NCBI GenBank assembly: GCA_964557535.1
Contig: CAZLAD010000001.1
Span: 124,482-183,324 of the forward strand
Origin: an uncultured Candidatus Saccharibacteria bacterium
GTDB taxonomy: Bacteria > Patescibacteriota > Minisyncoccia > Phycocordibacterales > CSBR16-119
Direction of reading: 5' to 3'
Length of the DNA stretch: 58,843 nt
Within the stretch, counting starts at the first letter, position 1. Each line of letters opens with the position of its first letter. Below are positions 9,883 to 18,435 of this stretch, piece by piece. The notes below the pieces were generated by a model. The model worked only from the letters and a program-made list of their open reading frames with translations, was not told the origin of the DNA and made no database searches. The translations under genes and the position numbers were made by a program.

Positions 9883-11382
9883 TTATTTCTTGTACGTCAT
9901 TTTGAATTCCTTCAAGGCTTCTTGAAGACCCTCTTTTGTCTTATCTGTCCAATCTTTGGAAATTTCTTTTAGCAAGCCGTCTTTGGTTGTCTTGAAATAC
10001 TGATGAAGTTCTTTTTCGACTGCGCCGATTTCAGACACGCCGTATTCGTCGAAGAAACCGCTATTGATGGCGAAAATAGACACGACTTGGAGTGGAAGTG
10101 GAATCGGCGAATATTGTCCTTGCTTTAGAAGTTCGGTTACGCGTTTACCACGTTCGATAATACGTTTTGTTTCTGGGTCGAGGTCCGAATCAAATTGAGC
10201 AAAGCTTTCAAGTTCACGATACTGGGCCATGGCCAGCTTCAAAGTTCCGGCATTTTTCTTCATTGATTTTGTTTGTGCTGATCCACCGACACGCGAGACG
10301 GAAAGTCCTGGGTTAATCGCTGGACGAACGCCCTTGAAGAATAGGTTAGTTTCCAAGAAAATTTGTCCGTCGGTGATCGAGATAACGTTTGTCGGAATGT
10401 AGGCCGAAATATCGCCAGCTAAAGTCTCGATGATAGGAAGCGCGGTGATTGATCCGCCACCGGATTTTTCGTTACGTCGGCAGGCGCGTTCGAGAAGTCG
10501 TGAGTGCAAATAGAAAACGTCTCCGGGATAGGCTTCACGGCCCGGTGGACGTCGAAGTAGAAGCGAAATTTCTCGGTAAGCGACCGCATGTTTGGAAAGA
10601 TCATCGTAGATAATGAGAACGTCTTTGCCTTGATCCATAAAATATTCTGCAATCGTCACGCCCGTATATGGTGCGAGGTAAAGCATCGCCGGAGAATCAG
10701 ACGCCGCCGCTGAAACTACGGTAGTATATTCCATTGCTCCCGCCTCTTGTAGTTTGGAAACGATGCGTGCGATTTTGGATTGCTTCTGACCAATCGCTAC
10801 GTAAATACATAAAATATTTTCATCTTTTTGATTGAGAATTGTGTCGATTGCGATAGCCGTCTTGCCTGTTTGGCGGTCGCCGATGATAAGCTCACGCTGA
10901 CCACGCCCGATCGGAATCATGGCATCGATGGCCTTTATACCTGTCTGAAGTGGTTGGTTTACTGGTTCGCGTGTCATAACACCTGGCGCGATTTTCTCAA
11001 CCAACATCTTCTTGCTCGATTTTATATCGCCTTTTCCGTCAATCGCTTCGCCCAAAGCATTTACCACTCGCCCGATTATCTGGTCTGCAACAGGGACAGA
11101 CATGATTTCTTTGGTGCGAGTTACGTTTTCACCTTCTTTGATGTTTTTAAATTCTCCCAAGACGATGGCGCCGATAAAATCTTCTTCGAGATTCAACGCC
11201 AGCGCAGTTGCACCAGATTCAAATTTTAAAATCTCACCAGCTTCGCATTTTGAAAGACCAGAAATTTTAGCAATACCATCCCCTACAGAAACAACTATTC
11301 CAGATTCTTGGATAGATACTCCGGCTTCAAACCCGGCGATTTTTGTTTTTAGATTTTCTACAATATTTTTAATTTCTTTCAT
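9883..11382 (-). CDS. atpA: F-type ATP synthase subunit alpha
   Basis: Walker A GDRQTGKT; 499 aa; operon position. Confidence 0.98.
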   Translation of the reverse strand: MKEIKNIVENLKTKIAGFEAGVSIQESGIVVSVGDGIAKISGLSKCEAGEILKFESGATALALNLEEDFIGAIVLGEFKNIKEGENVTRTKEIMSVPVADQIIGRVVNALGEAIDGKGDIKSSKKMLVEKIAPGVMTREPVNQPLQTGIKAIDAMIPIGRGQRELIIGDRQTGKTAIAIDTILNQKDENILCIYVAIGQKQSKIARIVSKLQEAGAMEYTTVVSAAASDSPAMLYLAPYTGVTIAEYFMDQGKDVLIIYDDLSKHAVAYREISLLLRRPPGREAYPGDVFYLHSRLLERACRRNEKSGGGSITALPIIETLAGDISAYIPTNVISITDGQIFLETNLFFKGVRPAINPGLSVSRVGGSAQTKSMKKNAGTLKLAMAQYRELESFAQFDSDLDPETKRIIERGKRVTELLKQGQYSPIPLPLQVVSIFAINSGFFDEYGVSEIGAVEKELHQYFKTTKDGLLKEISKDWTDKTKEGLQEALKEFKMTYKK

Positions 11383-11383
11383 A

Positions 11384-11770
11384 TTAGTTGTTTAGTATTG
11401 CCTCTAATTGTTTTAGGTGATTTTTTACCGACCCGTCATATATGAATCCTTTGTATCGAGCCACAAATCCTCCAATTAATTCCTCGTCTTCTTTGATCAG
11501 AGTTTTGTCTCTCGAGATCTTTTTTACAAAATTTTCAATCGTTGAAATTGTTTCTTTACTGGTTTTGTGTGAAGTGGTGATGTGCAGAGAATCCTTTTCG
11601 TCTATCCTTTTCAGTTCGTCTTCGAGCGACTTGACGATGTTTGGTAATAGTTTCTGAAGATGGTTTTTTTCTAAAAATTTTTCAAATTTATCCAAGATAA
11701 TTTCGGCCGTTTCTGGGTTGCTCGAAACAGATTCAATCAAAGCGTGACTCAATTGTCTCGAAGTTATCAT
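11384..11770 (-). CDS. atpH: F-type ATP synthase subunit delta (short, OSCP-like)
   Basis: Lies between atpF and atpA. The C-terminal [23 protein letters not shown] resembles the OSCP C-terminus. Shorter than usual at 128 aa. Confidence 0.8.
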   Translation of the reverse strand: MITSRQLSHALIESVSSNPETAEIILDKFEKFLEKNHLQKLLPNIVKSLEDELKRIDEKDSLHITTSHKTSKETISTIENFVKKISRDKTLIKEDEELIGGFVARYKGFIYDGSVKNHLKQLEAILNN

Positions 11771-11772
11771 GG

Positions 11773-12258
11773 CTATTGAACTAAATTTTTAATCAACTTT
11801 TCTGATCTTTTTGCGTCAATTTCTTCTTTCAACATCTTTTCCATACCAGAAATAATAAGCTCAACGGACTTTTTCTTGATTTCTTGGGTTTGTTTTTCTG
11901 CTAGTGCCTCCATCTCACGGACAGACTCTTGCTTTACTTTTTCGGCCTCAATGCGAGCCTCGTTTTTGGCAGAATTTACAATTGAACGTTTTTTTGTTTC
12001 TGCGTCTTCGAGAAGACTTCGAACTTCTTTGTGTCCGTCACTCAAAATCTTTTCTTTTGTTTTGTCGGCATCAATAAGCGCGATTTTTGCTTTTTCGGCA
12101 TCTTCGAGACCGGCTTGAATTTTCTCTCGGCGCTCTTTGATTGCATTTCCGATTTTTTTGAAAACGACGTTTCGAAGAAGATAATAAATGATTAGGAAGT
12201 TAACCAAGTTCGCTAAAGCGACTTTCCAGTCAAAACCAAGTTTTGCTAAAACTTCCAT
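11773..12258 (-). CDS. atpF: F-type ATP synthase subunit b
   Basis: Single N-terminal TM segment then a long charged helix; operon position. Confidence 0.88.
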   Translation of the reverse strand: MEVLAKLGFDWKVALANLVNFLIIYYLLRNVVFKKIGNAIKERREKIQAGLEDAEKAKIALIDADKTKEKILSDGHKEVRSLLEDAETKKRSIVNSAKNEARIEAEKVKQESVREMEALAEKQTQEIKKKSVELIISGMEKMLKEEIDAKRSEKLIKNLVQ

Positions 12259-12269
12259 AAATGTATTTA

Positions 12270-12485
12270 TTAGATAATGAAGAATGCGACCAGGGCGTAG
12301 ATGGCGGTTGATTCACAGATCGCCATACCGACGATCATTTTTGAGAACACCGAGTCAGTTACGTTTGGATTTCTCCCGATGGCTTCCAATGCCTTTCCTG
12401 CTACGATTCCTTCACCAATCGCTGTCCCAAGCATCGAAAGAATGATAATACCTTTTGCTATATATTTTGCTGCTTCTGCTTCCAT
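12270..12485 (-). CDS. atpE: F-type ATP synthase subunit c
   Basis: 71-aa helical hairpin with a GRNP loop and the carboxylate in AICESTAIYALV. Confidence 0.95.
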   Translation of the reverse strand: MEAEAAKYIAKGIIILSMLGTAIGEGIVAGKALEAIGRNPNVTDSVFSKMIVGMAICESTAIYALVAFFII

Positions 12486-12515
12486 AATATTTTTTGTTAA
12501 CTAATAATTAATAAA

Positions 12516-13319
12516 CTAAACTTGTTTTTTGCCGGGTTCTGGGCCGGCAGCCTGCATATAAAATACGGTAATCAAAGAACCAAAAACGATTGTTTGAATA
12601 AGAGCGCCAAGCATACCAAACGCAATCCAAAATGACGGTAAAACGAAGGCAAAAATACCCAACAAGACAGTCGTCATAACATCTCCGGCGTATAGATTAC
12701 CAAAGAGACGCAATGAAACCGATATCACTTTAGCAAACTCACCAACAATATCAAGGCAAGCAATCATCAAGGTGACAAATACGTATATTGGACTCATCGC
12801 CCCCATGCGTATGTCTTTTTTAAGTTGCGCTATTGGAATGTATTTTCCCAAATAACCCAAAATCCCAAAATCATTTATCGAGATAATATGGATCACAATA
12901 AGTGAACCAAGGGCCAAGCCAAACGTCATATTAAAATCGGCTGTTGCTGTGCGGAAAAGCGTTTTTCCATCAAAAGTAATACTGGAGAGACCCGGAATAA
13001 GTCCCATGTAATTTGAAACTCCGACGAATATAAAAATTGAAGCAATAATCGCAAAAACTCGTCCAGTGTGGTATTCGCTACCGGTGATTGTTTTGATCTG
13101 ATTATGTACCGCCTCAAATACAAGCTCGAAAAATGCTTGAGCCCGGCCCGGCACGAGACTTTTCTTTCTAAAAGCAAAGATACTAAAAACGATAACAATA
13201 AAAGTTATCAAAAATATAAAAATAGTTGAGTTGGCTATTGGGAAATTGCCGATATTGAAAATCGTTTCTGGTCCAATGCTTGAAATATCTCTTTTGAAAT
13301 TTATAATTTCTGAATTCAT
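12516..13319 (-). CDS. atpB: F-type ATP synthase subunit a
   Basis: Polytopic protein with the essential Arg motif SLRLFGNLYAG. Confidence 0.95.
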   Translation of the reverse strand: MNSEIINFKRDISSIGPETIFNIGNFPIANSTIFIFLITFIVIVFSIFAFRKKSLVPGRAQAFFELVFEAVHNQIKTITGSEYHTGRVFAIIASIFIFVGVSNYMGLIPGLSSITFDGKTLFRTATADFNMTFGLALGSLIVIHIISINDFGILGYLGKYIPIAQLKKDIRMGAMSPIYVFVTLMIACLDIVGEFAKVISVSLRLFGNLYAGDVMTTVLLGIFAFVLPSFWIAFGMLGALIQTIVFGSLITVFYMQAAGPEPGKKQV

Positions 13320-13615
13320 ATACTGTCTATTTCGGCTTCTCTTTTACTGACGTATTCTTTTATTTCCTTAGAGATTTTTTTGTTATTTCTAAGGACAATA
13401 ACCCAAGAAGAAATAAAAGCGATGAGCAGAAGTCCGAGCGTTATGTATTTACCGGTTTCGAACTTGTTGTCTAGAAATTTACCTAGAAAAAGTGCCGCAA
13501 AAGCCGGCACGGCAAAAATGGGAATATTCATGAGCGACGCATAAAAAAATTTATTCGTCATTTTGTTGTATTCTGACTCAGCTCCAATTTTTCTAAAATT
13601 TTGTCGATTTTTCAT
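13316..13615 (-). CDS. AtpZ/AtpI family small membrane protein
   Basis: First gene of the atp operon, with a 4-nt overlap onto atpB. FAVPAFAALFLGKFLDNKFETGKYITLGLLLIAFISSW matches the AtpZ/AtpI two-helix pattern. Start uncertain (13615, or 13561 at MTNKFF). Confidence 0.65.
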   Translation of the reverse strand: MKNRQNFRKIGAESEYNKMTNKFFYASLMNIPIFAVPAFAALFLGKFLDNKFETGKYITLGLLLIAFISSWVIVLRNNKKISKEIKEYVSKREAEIDSI

Positions 13616-13620
13616 AAAAT

Positions 13621-13643
13621 GCAAAAAGGCCCCGAAGAGCTTG
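13621..13643 (-). terminator. short UUCG-loop hairpin plus T-run downstream of the tRNA locus
   Basis: The minus strand reads aagctc-ttcg-gggcct followed by ttttgcatttt. The stem is weak (4-6 bp). Confidence 0.35.
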
Positions 13644-13684
13644 TATATTATACACCTAAACTTTCTGTATAGTCCAAACCCCTG

Positions 13685-13723
13685 TGCGCGTGGTAGGAAT
13701 CGAACCTACGACCTCTGTCTTAT
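13685..13723 (-). pseudogene. orphan 3' half of tRNA-Ile(GAU): anticodon-loop ATAA through discriminator
   Basis: 39 nt identical to the 3' half of the intact copy (ATAA GACAG AGGTC GTAGG TTCGATT CCTAC CACGCGC A). No 5' half is adjacent. Confidence 0.8.
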
Positions 13724-13781
13724 AAATCCGAACGAGAACCAGAGAAAATTTCATTTTATCTTGGTTCGAGCGATGGATTCA
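13724..13781 (-). repeat. 58-nt imperfect hairpin between the orphan 3' half and the tRNA cassette
   Basis: Outer arms aaatcc/ggattc(a) and inner arms gaaccaga/tcttggttc, with an A/T loop. Confidence 0.45.
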
Positions 13782-13783
13782 TA

Positions 13784-13928
13784 CAATTTTGAAAATGGAA
13801 AAGCTACAACCCATTGTGCGCGTGGTAGGAATCGAACCTACGACCTCTGTCTTATCAGGACAGCGTTCTACCACTGAACTACACGCGCACGATGGGCTCT
13901 AACCATCTTTTCCCATTTTCAAAGATTG
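13784..13928 (-). mobile_element. 145-bp cassette bounded by 20/22-nt inverted repeats and TA dinucleotides, carrying an intact tRNA-Ile (MITE-like; no transposase)
   Basis: caattttgaaaatggaaaag (13784-13803) is the reverse complement of cttttcccattttcaaagattg (13907-13928), apart from two 1-nt indels. TA lies immediately outside both ends (13782-83, 13929-30). Confidence 0.45.
13817..13888 (-). tRNA. tRNA-Ile (anticodon GAU), intact
   Basis: GCGCGTG TA GTTC AGTGGTA GAAC G CTGTC CTGATAA GACAG AGGTC GTAGG TTCGATT CCTAC CACGCGC A. All four stems are perfect; A14, G18G19, U33 and TTCGA are present; no encoded CCA. Confidence 0.9.
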
Positions 13929-13964
13929 TATCAGGACAGCGTTCTACCACGAAACTACACGCGC
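13929..13964 (-). pseudogene. orphan 5' half of tRNA-Ile(GAU): acceptor through anticodon-loop CTGATA
   Basis: GCGCGTG TA GTTT CGTGGTA GAAC G CTGTC CTGATA. Two substitutions relative to the intact copy, including C at the invariant A14 position. Followed by the cassette arm rather than a 3' half. Confidence 0.8.
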
Positions 13965-13974
13965 GATGGCAAGT

Positions 13975-14003
13975 ACTATAACAAAACTTTGCCGTAAATT
14001 CAA
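13975..14003 (-). promoter_or_regulatory. promoter reading into the tRNA locus (TTGAAT-17 nt-TATAGT)
   Basis: On the minus strand, TTGAAT (14003-13998), 17-nt spacer, TATAGT (13980-13975). The -10 ends 10 nt upstream of the orphan 5' half's first nucleotide. Overlaps the divergent prmC promoter. Confidence 0.5.
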
Positions 14004-14017
14004 TAGAATGCTAAATT
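13989..14017 (+). promoter_or_regulatory. prmC promoter (TTGCCG-17 nt-TAAATT), leaderless geometry
   Basis: The -10 ends 7 nt before the ATG at 14025. Confidence 0.45.
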
Positions 14018-14024
14018 CAGTTTC

Positions 14025-14774
14025 ATGGACAAAGAATTTGCGTGGTTACTCCAAGATAAATATGCTGGAATAAAAACTCCTGAATTTAAAAAGGATGCTC
14101 AAAAGCTAAAAGCCGGAATACCCTTAGCTTACGTCATTGGTTGGGTACCTTTTTTAAAGACCAAAATCTGGCTTGATTCTCGTCCTCTTATCCCCCGCCC
14201 CGAGACAGAATATTGGGTAGAAAAAGCCATTTCCGAAATTAAGACTCGAGGTTCGACCTCCAGTCTTGGGATTTTGGATTTGTGTGCCGGGTCGGGGTGT
14301 GTAGGTGTCGCGGTTTTAAAAGCAATTCCAAATGCAAAAGTGGCTTTTGTAGAAATTGACAAATCACACCATGAAACGATCAAGAAAAATATTTTGGAAA
14401 ATGGAGTTGGTTTGTCACGTGCAAAAATTATTGGTGGAAATCTTTTTGAAAACGTCACCGAAAAATATGATTTTATTTTGACAAATCCGCCATATATCGA
14501 TCCAAGACTAGCCGAAAGAGTCACCGAAAGCGTCACAGCTCACGAACCCGAACAAGCCCTGTGGGGTGGCGAGGGCGGTATGGAAATTATTGAAGTGATA
14601 ATCAAAGAAGCACCGAAATTCCTAAATCCGGGCGGAGTTTTGTATATCGAACACGAACCAGAACAGGTAGAAGCTATAAAATCCCTAGCGCCCAAAGCGG
14701 AGATTTTCGAAGATCAATTTGGAGTTGCTAGGTTTTCAAAAATTTCTTTTTTGAGCAATTTATTCATCGTCTGA
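14025..14774 (+). CDS. prmC: peptide chain release factor N(5)-glutamine methyltransferase
   Basis: SAM motif [11 protein letters not shown] and catalytic NPPY (LTNPPYI). Convergent with, and overlapping, prfA. Confidence 0.9.
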   Translation: MDKEFAWLLQDKYAGIKTPEFKKDAQKLKAGIPLAYVIGWVPFLKTKIWLDSRPLIPRPETEYWVEKAISEIKTRGSTSSLGILDLCAGSGCVGVAVLKAIPNAKVAFVEIDKSHHETIKKNILENGVGLSRAKIIGGNLFENVTEKYDFILTNPPYIDPRLAERVTESVTAHEPEQALWGGEGGMEIIEVIIKEAPKFLNPGGVLYIEHEPEQVEAIKSLAPKAEIFEDQFGVARFSKISFLSNLFIV

Positions 14775-15749
14775 TGTAGACTCTCCCGTCACACCATTTT
14801 CCATCTTCTCGGCAACTGTATTCAAAATGTTTTCTATTTGCCCATTTAAAATAAGCGGTATGTTAGACCACGACTCCTTGATGCGATGATCCGTGACACG
14901 ATCTTGGGGGAAATTATATGTGCGAATTTTTTCACTACGATCACCAGTGCCGATTTGCGCTGATCTGTCACTTGCGTATTTTCGTGCTTCTTCCTCATCT
15001 TTAATTTGTTGAAGCCGGGACTTTAGAAGTGTCAATGCACGTTCACGGTTGGCGAGCTGGCTACGTTCGACGGTCGAACGCACATCTATGCCGGTTGGTT
15101 TGTGAATAATACGAACAGCAGACTCAACCTTATTGACGTTTTGTCCGCCAGCGCCTCCAGCACGAGATGTTTCGTATTCTAGATCTGAATCTGGAATGAC
15201 GATGGTTGTTTTTTTGAAAAGCGGAAGGATGGCGACAGAAGCCGTCGAGGTATGAATTCTCCCCTGTTTTTCGGTTGCTGGAATTCGCTGAACACGATGA
15301 ACACCCGTCTCAAACCGGAGACGCTTATAAACATCTTTGCCGTGAATTTCAAAAGAGGCTTCTTTGTATCCGCCGATGTCGTTCATCGATTCATAGTCTT
15401 TCTTCCATGTCCAACCAATTTTGTCACAATATCTCTGATACATCTCGGCTAGTTCTCTAGCGAAAAGCGCGGCTTCATCGCCTCCGGCGCCGGCACGAAC
15501 TTCGAGCACTACTTCATTTGGAAATCTTTCTTCTTCTTTTTCGGCCTTGAGAATAATTTCAACCTGAGCTTCTAAAACTTCTCGTTCCGATGCAATACGC
15601 GCGATTTCATCCTCAGCCATTTCTTTCATGCTTGGGTCGTTTAGAAGCAATTCTTTTGCTTCTCTTTCGGCACGCAAAAGAGCCTCAAGCTGAGCACCGA
15701 GATATGCCGTCTTGTGATTTTCTTTTATTTCTTGCAGTTCGTATTTCAC
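14760..15749 (-). CDS. prfA: peptide chain release factor 1
   Basis: The PAT tripeptide ([14 protein letters not shown]) is diagnostic for RF1; GGQ motif ([17 protein letters not shown]); GTG start. Confidence 0.95.
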   Translation of the reverse strand: MKYELQEIKENHKTAYLGAQLEALLRAEREAKELLLNDPSMKEMAEDEIARIASEREVLEAQVEIILKAEKEEERFPNEVVLEVRAGAGGDEAALFARELAEMYQRYCDKIGWTWKKDYESMNDIGGYKEASFEIHGKDVYKRLRFETGVHRVQRIPATEKQGRIHTSTASVAILPLFKKTTIVIPDSDLEYETSRAGGAGGQNVNKVESAVRIIHKPTGIDVRSTVERSQLANRERALTLLKSRLQQIKDEEEARKYASDRSAQIGTGDRSEKIRTYNFPQDRVTDHRIKESWSNIPLILNGQIENILNTVAEKMENGVTGESTSDDE

Positions 15750-15784
15750 GGTATCTTAAATCTTACATCCTAAATCTTAAATCC

Positions 15785-15824
15785 CAAAGTAAAAGACGCC
15801 CCGAAGAGAGCGTCTTTTACTTTG
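15785..15824 (-). terminator. 15-bp perfect hairpin after rpmE (conserved-arm family, copy 1)
   Basis: caaagtaaaagacgc-cccgaagaga-gcgtcttttactttg, starting 3 nt after the rpmE stop. Confidence 0.6.
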
Positions 15825-15827
15825 AAG

Positions 15828-16088
15828 CTATTTAGCTTTCTTGGCTCCAGCAGCTCGCTTCTTGAACTTATCAACACGTCCGGCGGTATCAAGGACGGTT
15901 TCCTTGCCCGTATAGAACGGATGAGAAGCCGAAGAAATTTCGACTTTGTAGAGGTCATATTCCTTGCCGTCTTCCCACTTACCCTTCTCGGAGGTAGCAA
16001 TAACAGAGCCAATCAAAAACTGGGTTCCGTTTGAAACGTCCTGGAAAATCACGTTTCTGTAGTTTTTTGGATGAATGTCTTTTTTCAT
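15828..16088 (-). CDS. rpmE: 50S ribosomal protein L31 (type B, no Cys)
   Basis: [10 protein letters not shown]...HPFYTG motifs. Start moved to the ATG at 16088. Confidence 0.93.
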   Translation of the reverse strand: MKKDIHPKNYRNVIFQDVSNGTQFLIGSVIATSEKGKWEDGKEYDLYKVEISSASHPFYTGKETVLDTAGRVDKFKKRAAGAKKAK

Positions 16089-16133
16089 GTCCCAGTAATT
16101 TAGCACACGGCTTATTAAAATTCAAGGGGTAAT

Positions 16134-17516
16134 TTAAATACTCTCAAGAACGTCAATATTTGCTTGGATTACCTTGGCGTGCTCCATGACAGCATTGCCA
16201 TAGAAAGCATTTGGCACCGGAGCGTCACAGTCTCGGCCAGAATAATATTTGCAAGCCGCGTGTCTTTCTGCGGTATATGTTTGAGCCGCCGCGCCGTTAT
16301 ATTTGAGAAGTAAAGCTGAGGCCATAATCGCGTCTGACGGGTTCCATGGATCAGGTGTACTCTTGCCGACAAGTCCGGCAAGCTGGGCTTTCATTCCATT
16401 CCAAGTCGAAGGGATAAATTGCGCCGGCCCCATAGCTCCGCCATAACCTATGGAGAAAGGACACGATACACGCGTAACCAGAGGGTCACGACCGAGTTCC
16501 TTCAAAATGGTCTGAAGAACAGGTAAATCACGCGTTGGATGAATACCGTTTGAATACACCGTACCGCTATTTACATTCTTCGTCTGACCAGTCGACAGGT
16601 CAGTAATAACACACGTTCCGACGTTTGATCCCAAATTTGATTCTTGTTTCAAGACCGCCAAAATAAGTGCTGCACGAACACCGGTTTTGGCACTCGCAAT
16701 TTTTGCATAGTCGTATGCTTCGCCGAATGGAATAGCTCCTTGTCCACGAAGCCTAAACAAGGCTGATCTGATACTGGCGGCTTTGGCCTTTCTGTCGGCC
16801 AAGACTTTCTGATATTCGGCTTCTTTGTTCTTACTAATACCCAAAAGGACTTTTTGATCTTTCTGGTTTTTTTCTACCAATTGTTTCTGACGTTCGATTT
16901 CTTCTTTGGCGTCGATTTGCTCGTTTTGTTTTACTTCGAGTTCTTGTTTGACATTTTCGGTTCGAATTTTGTCTTCTTTTATAACTCCAACAGATTCATG
17001 AACTGATTTTTTAACAGAAGAATACGTGTCAATATCAGAATAAAAATCAGAAATTGTTTTAGCCGACAGAAGCGCACTCGCAAAGCTCGTGTTGTCTATC
17101 TCGTGTGTTTTTCGGATAAGTTGTGCGAGGGATTCTTTGCCTTTTTCGATATTTTCGTTTAGTTCTCCGATTGTTTCGGCTTTTTTCTTTATGTCCGTAC
17201 CAAGTGTTTTAATAACAACATTTTTTTGATTAATTTTTTTCTTGGCGGCTTCGATATTGGCTTGAAGTGTAGTTATTTCGTTTTGGAGTGTTTTTGACTT
17301 AGTTTTCTGACCGTCGAGAATTACCTGTTGAGCAGCAATTTCCCTTTCGCATTCCGCCAAAATAACATTTAGTTCGGCATCAGATTTACCAGCAATATTG
17401 CCGTCGCAGGCCGCTGCCTCGGCCCTGGTGACCCCAAAAACGAGCAAAAGCATTACCCCGACGAGAATAATGCTCTTGTTTATGAAGCTTTTTTTATTTT
17501 TTAAAACAAGGTTCAT
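16134..17516 (-). CDS. coiled-coil protein with C-terminal lytic transglycosylase (MltB/SLT_2-like) domain
   Basis: Signal/TM segment and about 230 aa of coiled coil. Then AALILAVLKQESNLGSNVGTC ... GGAMGPAQFIPSTW, typical of lytic murein transglycosylases. Confidence 0.7.
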   Translation of the reverse strand: MNLVLKNKKSFINKSIILVGVMLLLVFGVTRAEAAACDGNIAGKSDAELNVILAECEREIAAQQVILDGQKTKSKTLQNEITTLQANIEAAKKKINQKNVVIKTLGTDIKKKAETIGELNENIEKGKESLAQLIRKTHEIDNTSFASALLSAKTISDFYSDIDTYSSVKKSVHESVGVIKEDKIRTENVKQELEVKQNEQIDAKEEIERQKQLVEKNQKDQKVLLGISKNKEAEYQKVLADRKAKAASIRSALFRLRGQGAIPFGEAYDYAKIASAKTGVRAALILAVLKQESNLGSNVGTCVITDLSTGQTKNVNSGTVYSNGIHPTRDLPVLQTILKELGRDPLVTRVSCPFSIGYGGAMGPAQFIPSTWNGMKAQLAGLVGKSTPDPWNPSDAIMASALLLKYNGAAAQTYTAERHAACKYYSGRDCDAPVPNAFYGNAVMEHAKVIQANIDVLESI

Positions 17517-17604
17517 ATATTTTCTTTGTCTAACCAAAGCTCCGACACGTTCTTTGTTTTCTGACCGTCCGTTTAAGTGGGCTGGAGGGGGGAAAATAAA
17601 TAAC

Positions 17605-17628
17605 GTAAAAGAGCGTCGTATCTTTTAC
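17605..17628 (-). terminator. 8-bp hairpin overlapping the rplY stop (conserved-arm family, copy 2)
   Basis: gtaaaaga-gcgtcgta-tcttttac. On the minus strand it is followed by gttatttatttt. Confidence 0.5.
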
Positions 17629-18269
17629 TTTGCTTCCTCAGCTGGCGTAGCACCCTCCTCTTCTTTCTTGCCCTTAGCCTCTACTTCGATAGTTGAGAGA
17701 TCAACTGGAGCAGACTCAACAGGTTCATCTTTGGCCACAGCAACAGACGCGACTACATTTTCTGCGTCTTCGAGCAAAGTTACGCCTTCTGGTAGTTTCA
17801 AATCTTTGAGATGAATTACAGATTCGACAGTTTCTAGCTTGGAAATATCGACATTAATTGCGTGCGGGACCTTGCTTGGAAGAGCTGAAATTTTAACTTC
17901 GTGCATAACTTTGACCAAGATGCCACCGCCTTTGACTGCAGGAGCTTCGCCAACGAACTCAAACGGCACATCAACTTCGATTTCTTTGGTCATATCAACA
18001 GATAGAAAATCCACATGGATTGGCTGATTGGTTATTGGATCGTACTGGACTTCGTGAATTAAAGCGTCAAATGAACCCGACGGAGTTTCGAGTTTCAGAG
18101 TATTTGTTTCGCCAACTTCCTTGAAAACCTTTGTAAAATCAACCTTCTTAACGGTCAAAGATGTTACATCTTTTTTGAAACCATAAAAAACAGCTGGGAT
18201 ATCCCCTCCGGACCTCAAAACATCATTTTTTATCTTGTTGTCACGCAATATAGCATTTAATGTTGTCAT
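17625..18269 (-). CDS. rplY: 50S ribosomal protein L25/general stress protein Ctc
   Basis: LNAILRDNK...GDIPAVFYG N-domain, Ctc-type C-domain and an acidic tail. Start at the ATG at 18269, 7 nt after a TATAAT. Confidence 0.9.
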   Translation of the reverse strand: MTTLNAILRDNKIKNDVLRSGGDIPAVFYGFKKDVTSLTVKKVDFTKVFKEVGETNTLKLETPSGSFDALIHEVQYDPITNQPIHVDFLSVDMTKEIEVDVPFEFVGEAPAVKGGGILVKVMHEVKISALPSKVPHAINVDISKLETVESVIHLKDLKLPEGVTLLEDAENVVASVAVAKDEPVESAPVDLSTIEVEAKGKKEEEGATPAEEAK

Positions 18270-18276
18270 GGGAGAG

Positions 18277-18305
18277 ATTATAGAGAAAAGACGACCAAAA
18301 CGCAA
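18277..18305 (-). promoter_or_regulatory. rplY promoter (TTGCGT-17 nt-TATAAT), leaderless geometry
   Basis: On the minus strand, TTGCGT 18305-18300 and TATAAT 18282-18277; the ATG at 18269 lies 7 nt downstream. Confidence 0.55.
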
Positions 18306-18435
18306 GACAGGGTGACCAAAAGCACCGTTGACATGATATTTTGAGCTCTATGAAGTTTTGCATTTTCTTCGTGGTTCATGAAATTTTCTCGCTACATGAA
18401 TTGAGACGGCTGAGAGAAAATTTTCTTACAAAATT

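Noticed and set aside
10828-11395. Plus-strand ORFs of 127-133 aa inside atpA (similar cases lie inside ctp, atpD, tkt, lysS, ftsI and others)
   Set aside because: They are antisense to strongly conserved genes with unmistakable motifs. They are ordinary shadow ORFs.
13563-13877. 104-aa plus-strand ORF from the track, spanning the tRNA locus
   Set aside because: It runs antisense through the tRNA 3' half and the intact tRNA-Ile, and its repeated CARGRNRTYDLCLI peptide is just the translated tRNA duplicate. It is an artefact of the repeat, not a gene.
13724-13928. The sequence between the tRNA halves as a group I intron or an archaeal-type BHB intron
   Set aside because: Of the ~205 nt, 72 nt are a complete tRNA, leaving too little for a group I core, and I saw no P7/P3-like elements. 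The break is compatible with position 37/38. However, the required 4-bp central helix between anticodon-loop nt 32-35 (CUGA) and the intron's 3' end (UUUA) does not form, and bacteria lack the splicing endonuclease.
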